IMG/VR virus record: IMGVR_UViG_3300025030_000053 | Location: 41,767-105,766 of that record | Length of the DNA stretch: 64,000 nt | Origin: a virus | Direction: 5' to 3' (one strand) | Part shown: positions 18,018 to 27,336 of the stretch, in pieces | How the letters are laid out: every line of letters starts with the position of its first letter | How positions within the stretch are numbered: position 1 is the stretch's first letter | The notes under the pieces: model-generated | What the model was told of the DNA's origin: nothing | Databases searched by the model: none | Seen by the model: only the letters and a program-made list of their open reading frames with translations | Position numbers and translations under genes: made by a program

Positions 18018-21000
18018 TTATTGACCACACGACCCACTTGAAAAATTACATCGCTTGCATCTCAAAACACAACTTTTCTCTTTGACCATATCGAGGCTTC
18101 CGCAGGCAGGACACTGCTCTAATGAAGGTTTTTCTTTAGACGAAATTCTTATAATTTCATTTGAAACAGAAAAATCTACTGATTCTATTTCTTCTGCATA
18201 TATTTTTTTAACCTGTTCTATTTTCTCAACAGAAGATACTTCAACAGCATTGACGTCATTGTCGTATTCATAGGATCCAATTTTTCCTATCACATCATAG
18301 ATTGATTTAGCTATTTTTACGTTCGGATGCAACACCTGCCCGCTTGGATCTTGGGCTATAGATCTCAACATAGAGAAATATTCCTCTTGGGGGACTCCGT
18401 GTTGCAATCCAATTGACACAGAACGCCCCAGTGCTCCTAGCGCAGTCCTTGTTGCTGCATCTTCTTCGGCATAATCAATGAATATTTCACCAAGAGTCCC
18501 ATCTTCATATTCGCCCGTTCTCAAGAATATTTTATGATACGGGCCACCAAAAGGACCAATTTGAAATTCATGTGTCTGTCCGAACCTCTTGTTCGGAAGT
18601 TTCCTTCGCTGAGCAACAAAGATATTTTTCTCTTCAACTTCAATTGACTGATTCAAATCGGTCAAAAATTCTACTGACTTGGAGAGTGTATTCAATGGTT
18701 GTGAAAGTTTACAACCATCGCGATAGAGTGCCACACATTTAACACCCAAATCGTGTGCCAGCCAATAACAATTTTCTACATCTTCAATAGTCGCATCTTC
18801 GAAGAGATTAATTGTTTTGCTTGATGCCCCACTTAGAAAAGATTGAGCAGCAGCCAATGCTTTGATGTGAGCATTATGATGAATATATCTGTTCCCATTT
18901 CCTGCTGGGACAGCACAATCAAACACTGGATAATGCTCTTCTTTCACATGCGGTGCCCCTTCAATTGTTTGGTTGCCACAAATATAAATATTAGCTTGTT
19001 CTACTTCTTTATCTGTAAATCCCATCGATTTCAATATTTGTTTTCCTATATCCATAGAATATAATTGTTCTTCTGGAATCCCAATCTCGATGCAATATTC
19101 TCGCCCGAGGGTGTGAGTGTTAAACGATTGGGAAATATGAGAGAGTGATGGCAAAGAATCTTCAATATTTGCTAATTGTTCTTCGGACATAAGCTCCAAT
19201 AAACTTTCCTCATCTAATCCGAAGTCTGGTAATTGTCCATGTCCTACAATATATTTTTCAATATCATCTATTTGCTCTGAAGTGTATCCAAGTTTTAGCA
19301 GTGCTTTAGACACCATTCTATTGACTATCTTGATATATCCTCCACCGGCCAATTTTTTGTGTTTCACTAGCGAAAAATCTGGTTCTATGCCGGTTGTATC
19401 ACATGACATCAAAAGACCAATGGTGCCACAAGGGGCCAAAAGTGTCGTCTGGGCATTTCTAAAACCATATTTTTCACCTTCAGAAAGTACTTTGTCCCAT
19501 ACTTTTTGCGCATAGTTTAAAAGATATTCAGGACAAAAATTAGGATCAATACCCATCGGTGGGACATTCAACATCTCATATTCATCTATCTTAGAATTAT
19601 ATGTTGCTCGTCTATGATTTCTAATAATTCTAATCATGTGTTCTTGATTAGCTTCATATCGGTTGAATGGTATTTTTTCTTTTGCCATTTCTATTGAAGT
19701 CATATAAGATTCTCCTGTCAAAATAGCAGTCAATACGCCGATCCAAGCCCTAGACCTGTCAGAATCATATGGAATTCCTTGAAGCATCATCAAAGCTCCA
19801 ATATCAGTATATCCCAATCCAAGTGTTCGGTAATCCTCTACGCCTTTGGCGATAGCTGGTGTTGGAAGCAAAGCAGATTCTATTGTCATCTCTAATACAG
19901 AAGTCATCAAATGAACTACATGTCTGAATTGTTTAAGATCAAATTTGCCATTCTTTTCATCAAAGAATTTAGTTAGCCTGATAGACGCCAAATTGCACGC
20001 CGAAGAATCGAGCCATACAAATTCCGAGCATTGCGAAATTAAAATACCATTTGCATATACCAAATTATTTATAGGTTCTGTAAGATTATATGTATCTTCT
20101 TTACCACTATACTCAATTGATTGAATTACTATTTGATTATTAAAATTTCTTAATTTATATTTATTATTTTCTTTAATTATAATTGTTTTTTTATTAAAAC
20201 AATCTATAATTTTTTGTGCTAATCTACATTCTTTTTCATCATCGAAATCTATTATTTCATATTCATTATTTAAATTAAAATATTTAGAATCCAATTGTAT
20301 ATTATTTTGTAAATTATCTATTAATTTAGATTTATTATCTTTAATTGATATATCACTAAATAATGAAATAGGCATCCCTATTTTTAGATTTTTAGTTTGA
20401 ATTTTTTCTCCATTAATATACCAATTATGATTTTCTGTACATTTAATTTCTCTACCATCAGAAAGAGTAATTTTATAAACATCATTCACTCCCGTGTACA
20501 TATACGCCACTGGTCGACTAACAACGCCACCTTTGGTATATACCTCAGTCATAATTCCTAAATAAGACTTTTTTACTAACTCCTCAATTGTAATTAAACC
20601 ATCTGGTGTAGCAATGCGTGTATCACCAGTAAAGCATGGATTGGTTGCGTGTATTTCACCATCATTCAAACAAGTATTCCAAGAGTTCATCGTATCTTTG
20701 TAATGAACTCCCGGATCAGCGCTCAACCATGCAGAGTAGCACAGCTTGTTCCACAACAAATTAGCGTCAATTGTTTTATAAATTTTTCCATCTGTTCTAT
20801 TAGTCAGATTCCATTCTGAATTCTTTTTTACAGAATTTAGAAAATTATCTGTTATGCAGATAGAATTATTAGAATTTTGTCCAGATATTGTATGATATGC
20901 CTCATCATTGAAATCATTAGTTAATTGAATAAATTCCATTTTATTTTTACCTTGTTTGGCTATGTCTATGGCTCTTTTTATATAATTTATTTCAATATTA

Positions 21001-23075
21001 TGAGATAATGCAAGGTTTATTAGATTTTTAATTTTTTTATGTTTATAAGAAGCATTTTTGCCCAATTCTTGCCAACATCTAATTATTTCGTTCAGAATTT
21101 GATCATTAGATTTAGACCCGGACAGCATTGACGCCACTTTCTGTTCCTCATTCACTTTCCAATCGATGAATTCTTCAATTTCTGGATGATCAATGTCCAA
21201 ACTTACCATCTTCGCAGATCTTCTCGTATTAAATACAGCTATGCCAGATCCAGATATCTCAGAGGTAGACCAGATTACGAAATTATGCCCACTTTGTGGA
21301 CTTTTGTCATCTGGCGTTTCGCACTCAACCTCAATATCATATACCGGCATAATTCCTATATTTTCTACAGAAATTACTTTATGATTATTTTTATATACTT
21401 CTTTGACAAAATTATTATAATTTCCAAAATTATTATTTATTTTCTCTTTTAATTGTTTAATAGATCCTATTCTTCCAATAACTATTTTTCGTCCATAAAC
21501 ATATTCTTCAAATTCATTAATAGAATATCCACTATTTATTATTTTATATGCAAGATTCATCATTTTAAACTTTATAGATTCTTTTTGCATATCCGTGGAT
21601 CTACAGGAAGATATTAAAATTTTAGATTGTTTTTCTTTAAATTTATGAACTCTATTAGTATCTTTCCAAAATTTTGAAGATTTATGCATTCCATTATTTT
21701 CACCACTATGGTCAAATTTAATCATTTGAAATGTATGTTTACCCTCTTTAGATAAGCCCAATCCGTGCAATCGTGCATGCTGAGATTGTGTCATAATTTC
21801 AAAATTAGACGGATGATTATTGTATATGTTGCCATCTTTATGGTGAATAATTTTTCCATCAAGTTCAATACCCATAAGATCTCTGGCAACCATTCGGTGC
21901 CAATCTTCTTTACCAGAAAATCCATCTCTTCTTTCTATCCTAGCATATCCATCTTTGCGTTTGTTCATATGGCAAGCAAATAAAGAATTTCCAGGAATCA
22001 AATTACCAGCTAATACCATTTTCCCATCAGACAATTTTACCGGATGATCAAATGATAATTCGAATTGACCTTTATCTGTAATAATTCTGACTACTTCTTT
22101 TTCTCCCGAGTACCATGCTTCAGCCCATTTGGCCTTATATCGTTTTGCTGGAGGATCATAACTAATGACAACAAATTTATTTTTTTGATCAGATAATGTT
22201 TTAATCGGAATTGGACCTTTTTCAGTATAAACCATCTGATGCCCAGGCAAACAAGCCCCTCCGGATTTTACAGCATCTGCCGATCTATCAAAAATTTTCA
22301 AAAATGACATTACTCCTGAAGATGTTCCCCCAGAAGATAATTTTTCTCCACGACCACGCAAGGCAGAAACATTCATTCCGTTGCCACTACCAGTCCGAAA
22401 TATTTTTGCTTCACTAACTAAAGTGTCATAAATACTTTTTTCACCGAACATAGAATCTTTAATTTCAGATACAAAACACGCGTGTGCCGCTGCTCGACAA
22501 ATAGAATCATCTTTGTCCTCAAGTGTATGCACGATTCTGCCATGTTTCTCTGAAAAATAAAAATATTCTGCATCTTGGTGTTCAATTCCGTAAGCCCATC
22601 CCAAGCCAGTATTGAAAAACTGAGGAGAATTAGGAGCGGCAATCTGGTTGATCAAAATGTAGCACAATTCATCGTAGAACACATTTGCGTCCTCCTCTAA
22701 TTTGATATAACCAGTCTTGATCATCCAATACGTCCAAGTACCTGCCAAACGATGAGCCACCTGCTTCAATGAATTCTCACGCCCGAATACGCACCCTTCA
22801 GCAGGAATGCTGCGATAGAATTTTGGGAAAATGCCTTCTTCTGGCACAGGAATGGTTTCTGATGGAACCCTTGCTCTTTTGAAATATTTATTGGAAAGAA
22901 TTGATGTTGCTACAGATTCCCAAAAAACAGGGACTTCAACAGAATCCTGTTCAAAAATATAATTTCCATTGTCTTCTTTTATTTCTACTATTCTTTCTTC
23001 CCACTCCACCATATCAAAAGGCGACAAAGATCCATCGGTATAATAACGAACGAAATTCATGTACTTGCTCCTCAA
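18018..23075 (-). CDS. nrdJ: Class II (B12-dependent) ribonucleotide reductase with two inteins and a C-terminal TSCPD/Zn-ribbon domain
   Basis: APNSPQFFNTG, ACFV, KSGG/TRRSAKM, NPC/SE, ACNLAS, LGLGY, APCGTIG, SKTIN, LYRDGCK, RRKLP..CPAC..CKRC. Confidence 0.95.
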   Translation of the reverse strand: MRSKYMNFVRYYTDGSLSPFDMVEWEERIVEIKEDNGNYIFEQDSVEVPVFWESVATSILSNKYFKRARVPSETIPVPEEGIFPKFYRSIPAEGCVFGRENSLKQVAHRLAGTWTYWMIKTGYIKLEEDANVFYDELCYILINQIAAPNSPQFFNTGLGWAYGIEHQDAEYFYFSEKHGRIVHTLEDKDDSICRAAAHACFVSEIKDSMFGEKSIYDTLVSEAKIFRTGSGNGMNVSALRGRGEKLSSGGTSSGVMSFLKIFDRSADAVKSGGACLPGHQMVYTEKGPIPIKTLSDQKNKFVVISYDPPAKRYKAKWAEAWYSGEKEVVRIITDKGQFELSFDHPVKLSDGKMVLAGNLIPGNSLFACHMNKRKDGYARIERRDGFSGKEDWHRMVARDLMGIELDGKIIHHKDGNIYNNHPSNFEIMTQSQHARLHGLGLSKEGKHTFQMIKFDHSGENNGMHKSSKFWKDTNRVHKFKEKQSKILISSCRSTDMQKESIKFKMMNLAYKIINSGYSINEFEEYVYGRKIVIGRIGSIKQLKEKINNNFGNYNNFVKEVYKNNHKVISVENIGIMPVYDIEVECETPDDKSPQSGHNFVIWSTSEISGSGIAVFNTRRSAKMVSLDIDHPEIEEFIDWKVNEEQKVASMLSGSKSNDQILNEIIRCWQELGKNASYKHKKIKNLINLALSHNIEINYIKRAIDIAKQGKNKMEFIQLTNDFNDEAYHTISGQNSNNSICITDNFLNSVKKNSEWNLTNRTDGKIYKTIDANLLWNKLCYSAWLSADPGVHYKDTMNSWNTCLNDGEIHATNPCFTGDTRIATPDGLITIEELVKKSYLGIMTEVYTKGGVVSRPVAYMYTGVNDVYKITLSDGREIKCTENHNWYINGEKIQTKNLKIGMPISLFSDISIKDNKSKLIDNLQNNIQLDSKYFNLNNEYEIIDFDDEKECRLAQKIIDCFNKKTIIIKENNKYKLRNFNNQIVIQSIEYSGKEDTYNLTEPINNLVYANGILISQCSEFVWLDSSACNLASIRLTKFFDEKNGKFDLKQFRHVVHLMTSVLEMTIESALLPTPAIAKGVEDYRTLGLGYTDIGALMMLQGIPYDSDRSRAWIGVLTAILTGESYMTSIEMAKEKIPFNRYEANQEHMIRIIRNHRRATYNSKIDEYEMLNVPPMGIDPNFCPEYLLNYAQKVWDKVLSEGEKYGFRNAQTTLLAPCGTIGLLMSCDTTGIEPDFSLVKHKKLAGGGYIKIVNRMVSKALLKLGYTSEQIDDIEKYIVGHGQLPDFGLDEESLLELMSEEQLANIEDSLPSLSHISQSFNTHTLGREYCIEIGIPEEQLYSMDIGKQILKSMGFTDKEVEQANIYICGNQTIEGAPHVKEEHYPVFDCAVPAGNGNRYIHHNAHIKALAAAQSFLSGASSKTINLFEDATIEDVENCYWLAHDLGVKCVALYRDGCKLSQPLNTLSKSVEFLTDLNQSIEVEEKNIFVAQRRKLPNKRFGQTHEFQIGPFGGPYHKIFLRTGEYEDGTLGEIFIDYAEEDAATRTALGALGRSVSIGLQHGVPQEEYFSMLRSIAQDPSGQVLHPNVKIAKSIYDVIGKIGSYEYDNDVNAVEVSSVEKIEQVKKIYAEEIESVDFSVSNEIIRISSKEKPSLEQCPACGSLDMVKEKSCVLRCKRCNFSSGSCGQ
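20031..20636 (-). mobile_element. Intein 2 in nrdJ (202 aa mini-intein ending in Gln)
   Basis: NP|CFTGDTRIATPDG...CTENH...TYNLTEP..ANGILISQ|CSE; splits the catalytic NPCxE motif. Confidence 0.9.
21228..22253 (-). mobile_element. Intein 1 in nrdJ (342 aa) carrying an HNH endonuclease
   Basis: GGA|CLPGHQMVYTEKG...SFDHPV...VYDIEV...IAVFN|TRR; internal HRMVA..IIHHKDGNIYNNHPSNFE..H. Confidence 0.9.
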
Positions 23076-23498
23076 TTAATCATTTTTAGACAATGATGTA
23101 ATTGTTTTCAATTTTTTTATAATTACTTTATTAATTTTTCTTTCAAAAATTCCAAGATATTTCAAATCGATTCCAGTGAATTGAAGTGCCATTTGTATTT
23201 CTCGCAGCATATATGCTGCAATCAGTATCACAAACATAGATACAATTAGAATCATCGCCTGAATGACTCCAAACATCCCTAAAATCAACGTAGTCAGGAT
23301 ACTCCCCCAAAAACGGCGAATAAAGATTCGCAAATCAAAGATGTCCTCCAATTCTGGATTCCTTTTTTTCATTATCTCTGAAAACAAAATATTCAACGAA
23401 GTACAAACAATATTTAACATCAATACAGAGTAGCATAGTAAAAATGATAAACTTGATAAAACTTCTAAATATTGACTGATAAATTCATTCATCTTCAA
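23076..23498 (-). CDS. Membrane protein
   Basis: Two to three hydrophobic segments. Confidence 0.6.
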   Translation of the reverse strand: MKMNEFISQYLEVLSSLSFLLCYSVLMLNIVCTSLNILFSEIMKKRNPELEDIFDLRIFIRRFWGSILTTLILGMFGVIQAMILIVSMFVILIAAYMLREIQMALQFTGIDLKYLGIFERKINKVIIKKLKTITSLSKND

Positions 23499-23737
23499 TT
23501 CTCATAATCATATCTTCTAATATATTTAAGTTGATCAATGGGGTTTGATCTCCTTTTTTGAGCATTTTTTATTACTTCTATGATGAATCTGTCATCAAGT
23601 TGCACGTCGTCATTGTGCTCAATCTCATACCTTTTTTTCATAGCCGCAGAATATAAAATTTCCATTATATTATTCGAGGGGGCATTTAATATTTCTTTTT
23701 CAAAATCTGACCAAAGTCTGCTAAGTCTCATTCTCAA
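23495..23737 (-). CDS. Hypothetical protein
   Basis: 80 aa, RBS GGAG. Confidence 0.55.
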   Translation of the reverse strand: MRMRLSRLWSDFEKEILNAPSNNIMEILYSAAMKKRYEIEHNDDVQLDDRFIIEVIKNAQKRRSNPIDQLKYIRRYDYEN

Positions 23738-23821
23738 TCTCCATTATCTTTGAAAGATAGTCTATATTAGATATAATTTGATTATAAAACCTATATCAAA
23801 TATATTGTTTATTGGTAAATT

Positions 23822-23834
23822 TTCTATATAATAT
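23822..23834 (+). promoter_or_regulatory. Extended -10 motif TTCTATATAATAT (also on minus strand at 8573..8585 and 17975..17987)
   Basis: Identical 13-mer just upstream of three gene starts. Confidence 0.65.
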
Positions 23835-23851
23835 AGAAGGAGATCAAACAA

Positions 23852-24472
23852 ATGACATATGAACAACCGCCAATACTTATGGTAAAAGGCGCCAAAGCAG
23901 GAGACAACTATATATCTAATCTATCCAGAACTACTTCCAAAATGATTGAAGATTTTGGATATGTAGAAATGCAATCTGTTGGACCACCTTCTATCAATAA
24001 CATGATCAAAGCTTATATCAAATCAAAAAATAATTTGTTTATGAGCGACAACAGCCTGAGACTGATTTGCCAATTCGCTTATCAAAAACCATCAATTGAC
24101 GACAAGATCAGGACTGCAATCCGTGGTAAATTTTTTCCAGTAAATTCTAAAATAATAATGACTCCGAAATCAGACTGCCCCATTCTTCTAGCAAAGGGGG
24201 CTGGAGCAGAGTCGAACTATATCAAATCATTATCAAATGCTATGATTCAATCATTAGATGAATATAATTGCTCACAAATTCAATCAATAGGACCAGTAGC
24301 AATTAGTAACATCATAAAATCATACATCAAGGCAAAAGGATTGATATCTGAGTACACAAATGGATTATCACTAGTGTCTCAATTTTCCTTTCATAAACCA
24401 GAAATCAATGGTGAAGTAATCACAGCAATTAGAGCCAGTATTTTTGCTATAGAAGATAAATATGTTATATAG
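23852..24472 (+). CDS. spoVS: Tandem (double) SpoVS-family protein
   Basis: Two repeats, VEMQSVGPPSINNMIKA..LICQFAY..IDDKIRTAIR and SQIQSIGPVAISNIIKS..LVSQFSF..INGEVITAIR, match SpoVS (EIQAIGAGALNQAVKA..LICIPAF..IDGEERTAIK). Confidence 0.8.
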   Translation: MTYEQPPILMVKGAKAGDNYISNLSRTTSKMIEDFGYVEMQSVGPPSINNMIKAYIKSKNNLFMSDNSLRLICQFAYQKPSIDDKIRTAIRGKFFPVNSKIIMTPKSDCPILLAKGAGAESNYIKSLSNAMIQSLDEYNCSQIQSIGPVAISNIIKSYIKAKGLISEYTNGLSLVSQFSFHKPEINGEVITAIRASIFAIEDKYVI

Positions 24473-24532
24473 TTTTTTTCCTATTGAATTCGATTCCCAA
24501 TATGAATATTATATATCGGGAATGGAGTCTAT

Positions 24533-25477
24533 ATGAAATGTCAAAATGCAGAAGAGGCTATTGAAAAATATCAAGAAGCAAAAAATAGCAACAACTTTTC
24601 CGAAGCAGAAATATGGTATGAAGAAATACTAACTCATTATAATCCTATAAATTACAGAAATGTATGGTGGAGAAAATACGGATGGTTATATAATTTTGAA
24701 ACTAATGATTTTAATAGTGATTATATTATAAAATTTATAGATTGTTTGAACAAATTCAAATCAAAAGATTCAAAGGGTAATTATAGAAATATAAATAATT
24801 ACTTTTTTTCAGCAATCAAAAATATGTATTCTGCGATGATTTACAACATCAATAAATCAGATAATAATCCAAAAATTAGATGTCCTGCTTGTGGAAAGAT
24901 AATCAAAAATGCTTATTTGCACATCAAAGAAGAACACAATGATATTCTGTGGGAAAAAATAACAGAATTGGGAATATCTGAGCAAAGCTTTGAAAAAGGA
25001 TGTCCTATTTGCCCGCATTACCTGCCTCGAAAACAATGTAAAACTACTGATAAAAATAAAATACTAGATCATGTATTAAAGATTCATTCTTCATTACTAT
25101 TTGAAAAATTTAAAGAATTATATCCAGGAAATTATTTAGAATGCAAAGATATAATTAATATTTCAGATTTAACATCTCTATCCGAAGATGAACAAGATTT
25201 TCTAGAATTTATAGAAAATAAAAATGAAATTTCAGATATGTCTAAATCAGTATCGGTAGAAAATTTTATTTCATCAGATAAAACTGAAATAGAAAAATAT
25301 ATTGTAGATTATATTTTTGATGCAAGATTGTCATCCATAGACGACGGAAAGATGAACCATAGAAAAATAAATAAATGGCTTGAAAAATGTAATATAAATC
25401 TTTCAATATCTAAAAAAGAATATGATTTATCTATCGAGTCATTGAAATGCAAGTTGATTGAATCTGGAATATTTTAA
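24533..25477 (+). CDS. Divergent sigma-like protein with two C2H2 zinc fingers
   Basis: Region-2-like DFNSDYIIKFIDCLNKF..INNYFFSAIKN; CPACG..HIKEEH; CPICP..HVLKIH. Confidence 0.45.
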   Translation: MKCQNAEEAIEKYQEAKNSNNFSEAEIWYEEILTHYNPINYRNVWWRKYGWLYNFETNDFNSDYIIKFIDCLNKFKSKDSKGNYRNINNYFFSAIKNMYSAMIYNINKSDNNPKIRCPACGKIIKNAYLHIKEEHNDILWEKITELGISEQSFEKGCPICPHYLPRKQCKTTDKNKILDHVLKIHSSLLFEKFKELYPGNYLECKDIINISDLTSLSEDEQDFLEFIENKNEISDMSKSVSVENFISSDKTEIEKYIVDYIFDARLSSIDDGKMNHRKINKWLEKCNINLSISKKEYDLSIESLKCKLIESGIF

Positions 25478-26517
25478 TATGTTATAAGATTCACTATAGC
25501 ATCAAAAATATTAGTAGATCTGTCCCAGCAAATACTATTGTATTCACAATAATAGCACCCAAAGCAATCTGCGCGGTTTGCCCATCCTGGCTTTGCTGGA
25601 ATTCTCAATTTTCCATCATTAGAATCTTCTATCATTTCCCAAAGTTTTTTACAAGCAGAATGGATGCTATCAACTAAAAATTGATTTTTATAAATAATTA
25701 AATCACAAACAATCTGATTGTCTTTGTTTTCATACCAAAATATAGTTTGATCAACACCAACTGCATCCATGTATGCGTTGGCTTGAATTACATGTTTCTT
25801 CTGAGGAATAGCTAATTCATAATGATATTCCATCAAATGTTCTGCCATCGATTTGCCGAATCTCATCCTTTCGCCGCACACATGGCAGATTTTATCATCT
25901 GACATATCCGATACATATTGATTTTTTAGTTCTGAGTTATAGAACAATCTTGTAAAACCTTTTGTATTTATTGATTTAATTTCTAAGATTGACGGAATCC
26001 CATTTTCAGTAATTATTCCATCAATATGCCCGCATAAATGTATATCTGATATTTCGAATGGAACTTCTGATAAATAAAATTCATCTCCAATTTTTAATTC
26101 TGAAATATTATTTTTTATTTTGTTTTTAGTAGTCCAAACCTGATCTTTATTGTTAAACGGATATCTTCTTCCAGATTCTCCATATATAGTAGTCTTGCTG
26201 TTATATATTTGTTTTTCATTTTTTGTGTTAAAAGATACTAATGATTTTTCTTCTTTGATGTCTATTATTTTATCTGTCATCATCAATTCGGAATCTTTAA
26301 AATACTTCTGAATTCTATCATGAGTATGATGCCCATTATCAAATATAACTAGTACATTGTCTTTGATGTCATCATCTCCTGGAATTGACATGGTTTGGAA
26401 ATAGGTTGCACGCGGGCAACCTCCGATGCTACTTGGATGAAAATGAGAATAATCTCTATCATCTGATTTGTTTCTATTTCGTAGCATATTATATATTTGT
26501 CTTCTTGACTCCGTCAT
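25474..26517 (-). CDS. Cas4-like PD-(D/E)xK exonuclease
   Basis: HPSSIGGCPR, GHHTH, GHIDG, LEIKS, QANAYM, CxxCxYxxxC; not CRISPR-associated here. Confidence 0.85.
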   Translation of the reverse strand: MTESRRQIYNMLRNRNKSDDRDYSHFHPSSIGGCPRATYFQTMSIPGDDDIKDNVLVIFDNGHHTHDRIQKYFKDSELMMTDKIIDIKEEKSLVSFNTKNEKQIYNSKTTIYGESGRRYPFNNKDQVWTTKNKIKNNISELKIGDEFYLSEVPFEISDIHLCGHIDGIITENGIPSILEIKSINTKGFTRLFYNSELKNQYVSDMSDDKICHVCGERMRFGKSMAEHLMEYHYELAIPQKKHVIQANAYMDAVGVDQTIFWYENKDNQIVCDLIIYKNQFLVDSIHSACKKLWEMIEDSNDGKLRIPAKPGWANRADCFGCYYCEYNSICWDRSTNIFDAIVNLITY

Positions 26518-27263
26518 AAAATTATTTCCTTTTCTTTGTTTTTTATTTTATCAATTATTATTTTATTAATATCTGTATTGTTTGTTCTAATGAAATCTTC
26601 TGGATCTTGATTATCTGGCAGCCTGAAATGATAAATATTTTTTGTATATAATGATAGCATTTCTTCAATTTTGACTCTGGCTTTATCTCCAGATTCATCT
26701 CTATCAGACATAATTACAATAGTATCTGTATATCTCAACAACAAAGCAATATGATGATAGCTGAAAACCTGAGAACCGCAAGTGGCGACGCAATTTCTTA
26801 TACCATGATCATACATAGAAATGACATCCAAATTTCCTTCAACTATGATTACATAATTATTGTCTAATATATTTTTTTTATTAACATTGAGACCAAATAA
26901 ATTTTTAGATTTTTCGTATGGTTCATTTATCCATTTAGCTTTATCCCAATGATAGAAGATATCTAAACCCTTTTCATATTCTTTCAAAAGAAAACTCAAT
27001 ACTTTTTCTGAATCTTGATCAATTTTTCTTCCAAAAAATGACAATAAATTTCCATACACATCGTAGCAAGGAATAATAATTCTTCCCTTCAAAAATGGGA
27101 AAGGTCTATATTGGACGTGTGGCGGACAATATCCGATTTGCCAAGTATATATAGTATCTTCCGAGAATGGTCTAGATTGTATGAAATTTATTTGATTTAT
27201 TCCCTCGTCTTTATCAAAGAGTGCTGCTGTAAATAATTTGGATAGTTTCTGTTTGTCAATCAT
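26514..27263 (-). CDS. dnaG: DNA primase catalytic core (TOPRIM) without zinc-binding domain
   Basis: GRIIIP..FFGR, KSKNLFGL, IVEGNLDV, VATCG, SDRDESG, QDPED. Confidence 0.9.
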   Translation of the reverse strand: MIDKQKLSKLFTAALFDKDEGINQINFIQSRPFSEDTIYTWQIGYCPPHVQYRPFPFLKGRIIIPCYDVYGNLLSFFGRKIDQDSEKVLSFLLKEYEKGLDIFYHWDKAKWINEPYEKSKNLFGLNVNKKNILDNNYVIIVEGNLDVISMYDHGIRNCVATCGSQVFSYHHIALLLRYTDTIVIMSDRDESGDKARVKIEEMLSLYTKNIYHFRLPDNQDPEDFIRTNNTDINKIIIDKIKNKEKEIIL

Positions 27264-27283
27264 TTTAACTTCCTATTTTCTAG

Positions 27284-27322
27284 CAAAAAATCACAGAGAG
27301 ATGATCTCTCTGTGATTTTTTG
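27284..27322. terminator. Bidirectional intrinsic terminator downstream of recA
   Basis: CAAAAAATCACAGAGAGAT-G-ATCTCTCTGTGATTTTTTG perfect inverted repeat with T/A tracts. Confidence 0.85.
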
Positions 27323-27336
27323 AAAGCATCAATTGA

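Noticed and set aside
25474-26517. CRISPR-Cas locus suggested by the Cas4-like gene
   Set aside because: No cas1/cas2 or repeat-spacer array seen; solo Cas4-like nucleases are common in phage replication clusters
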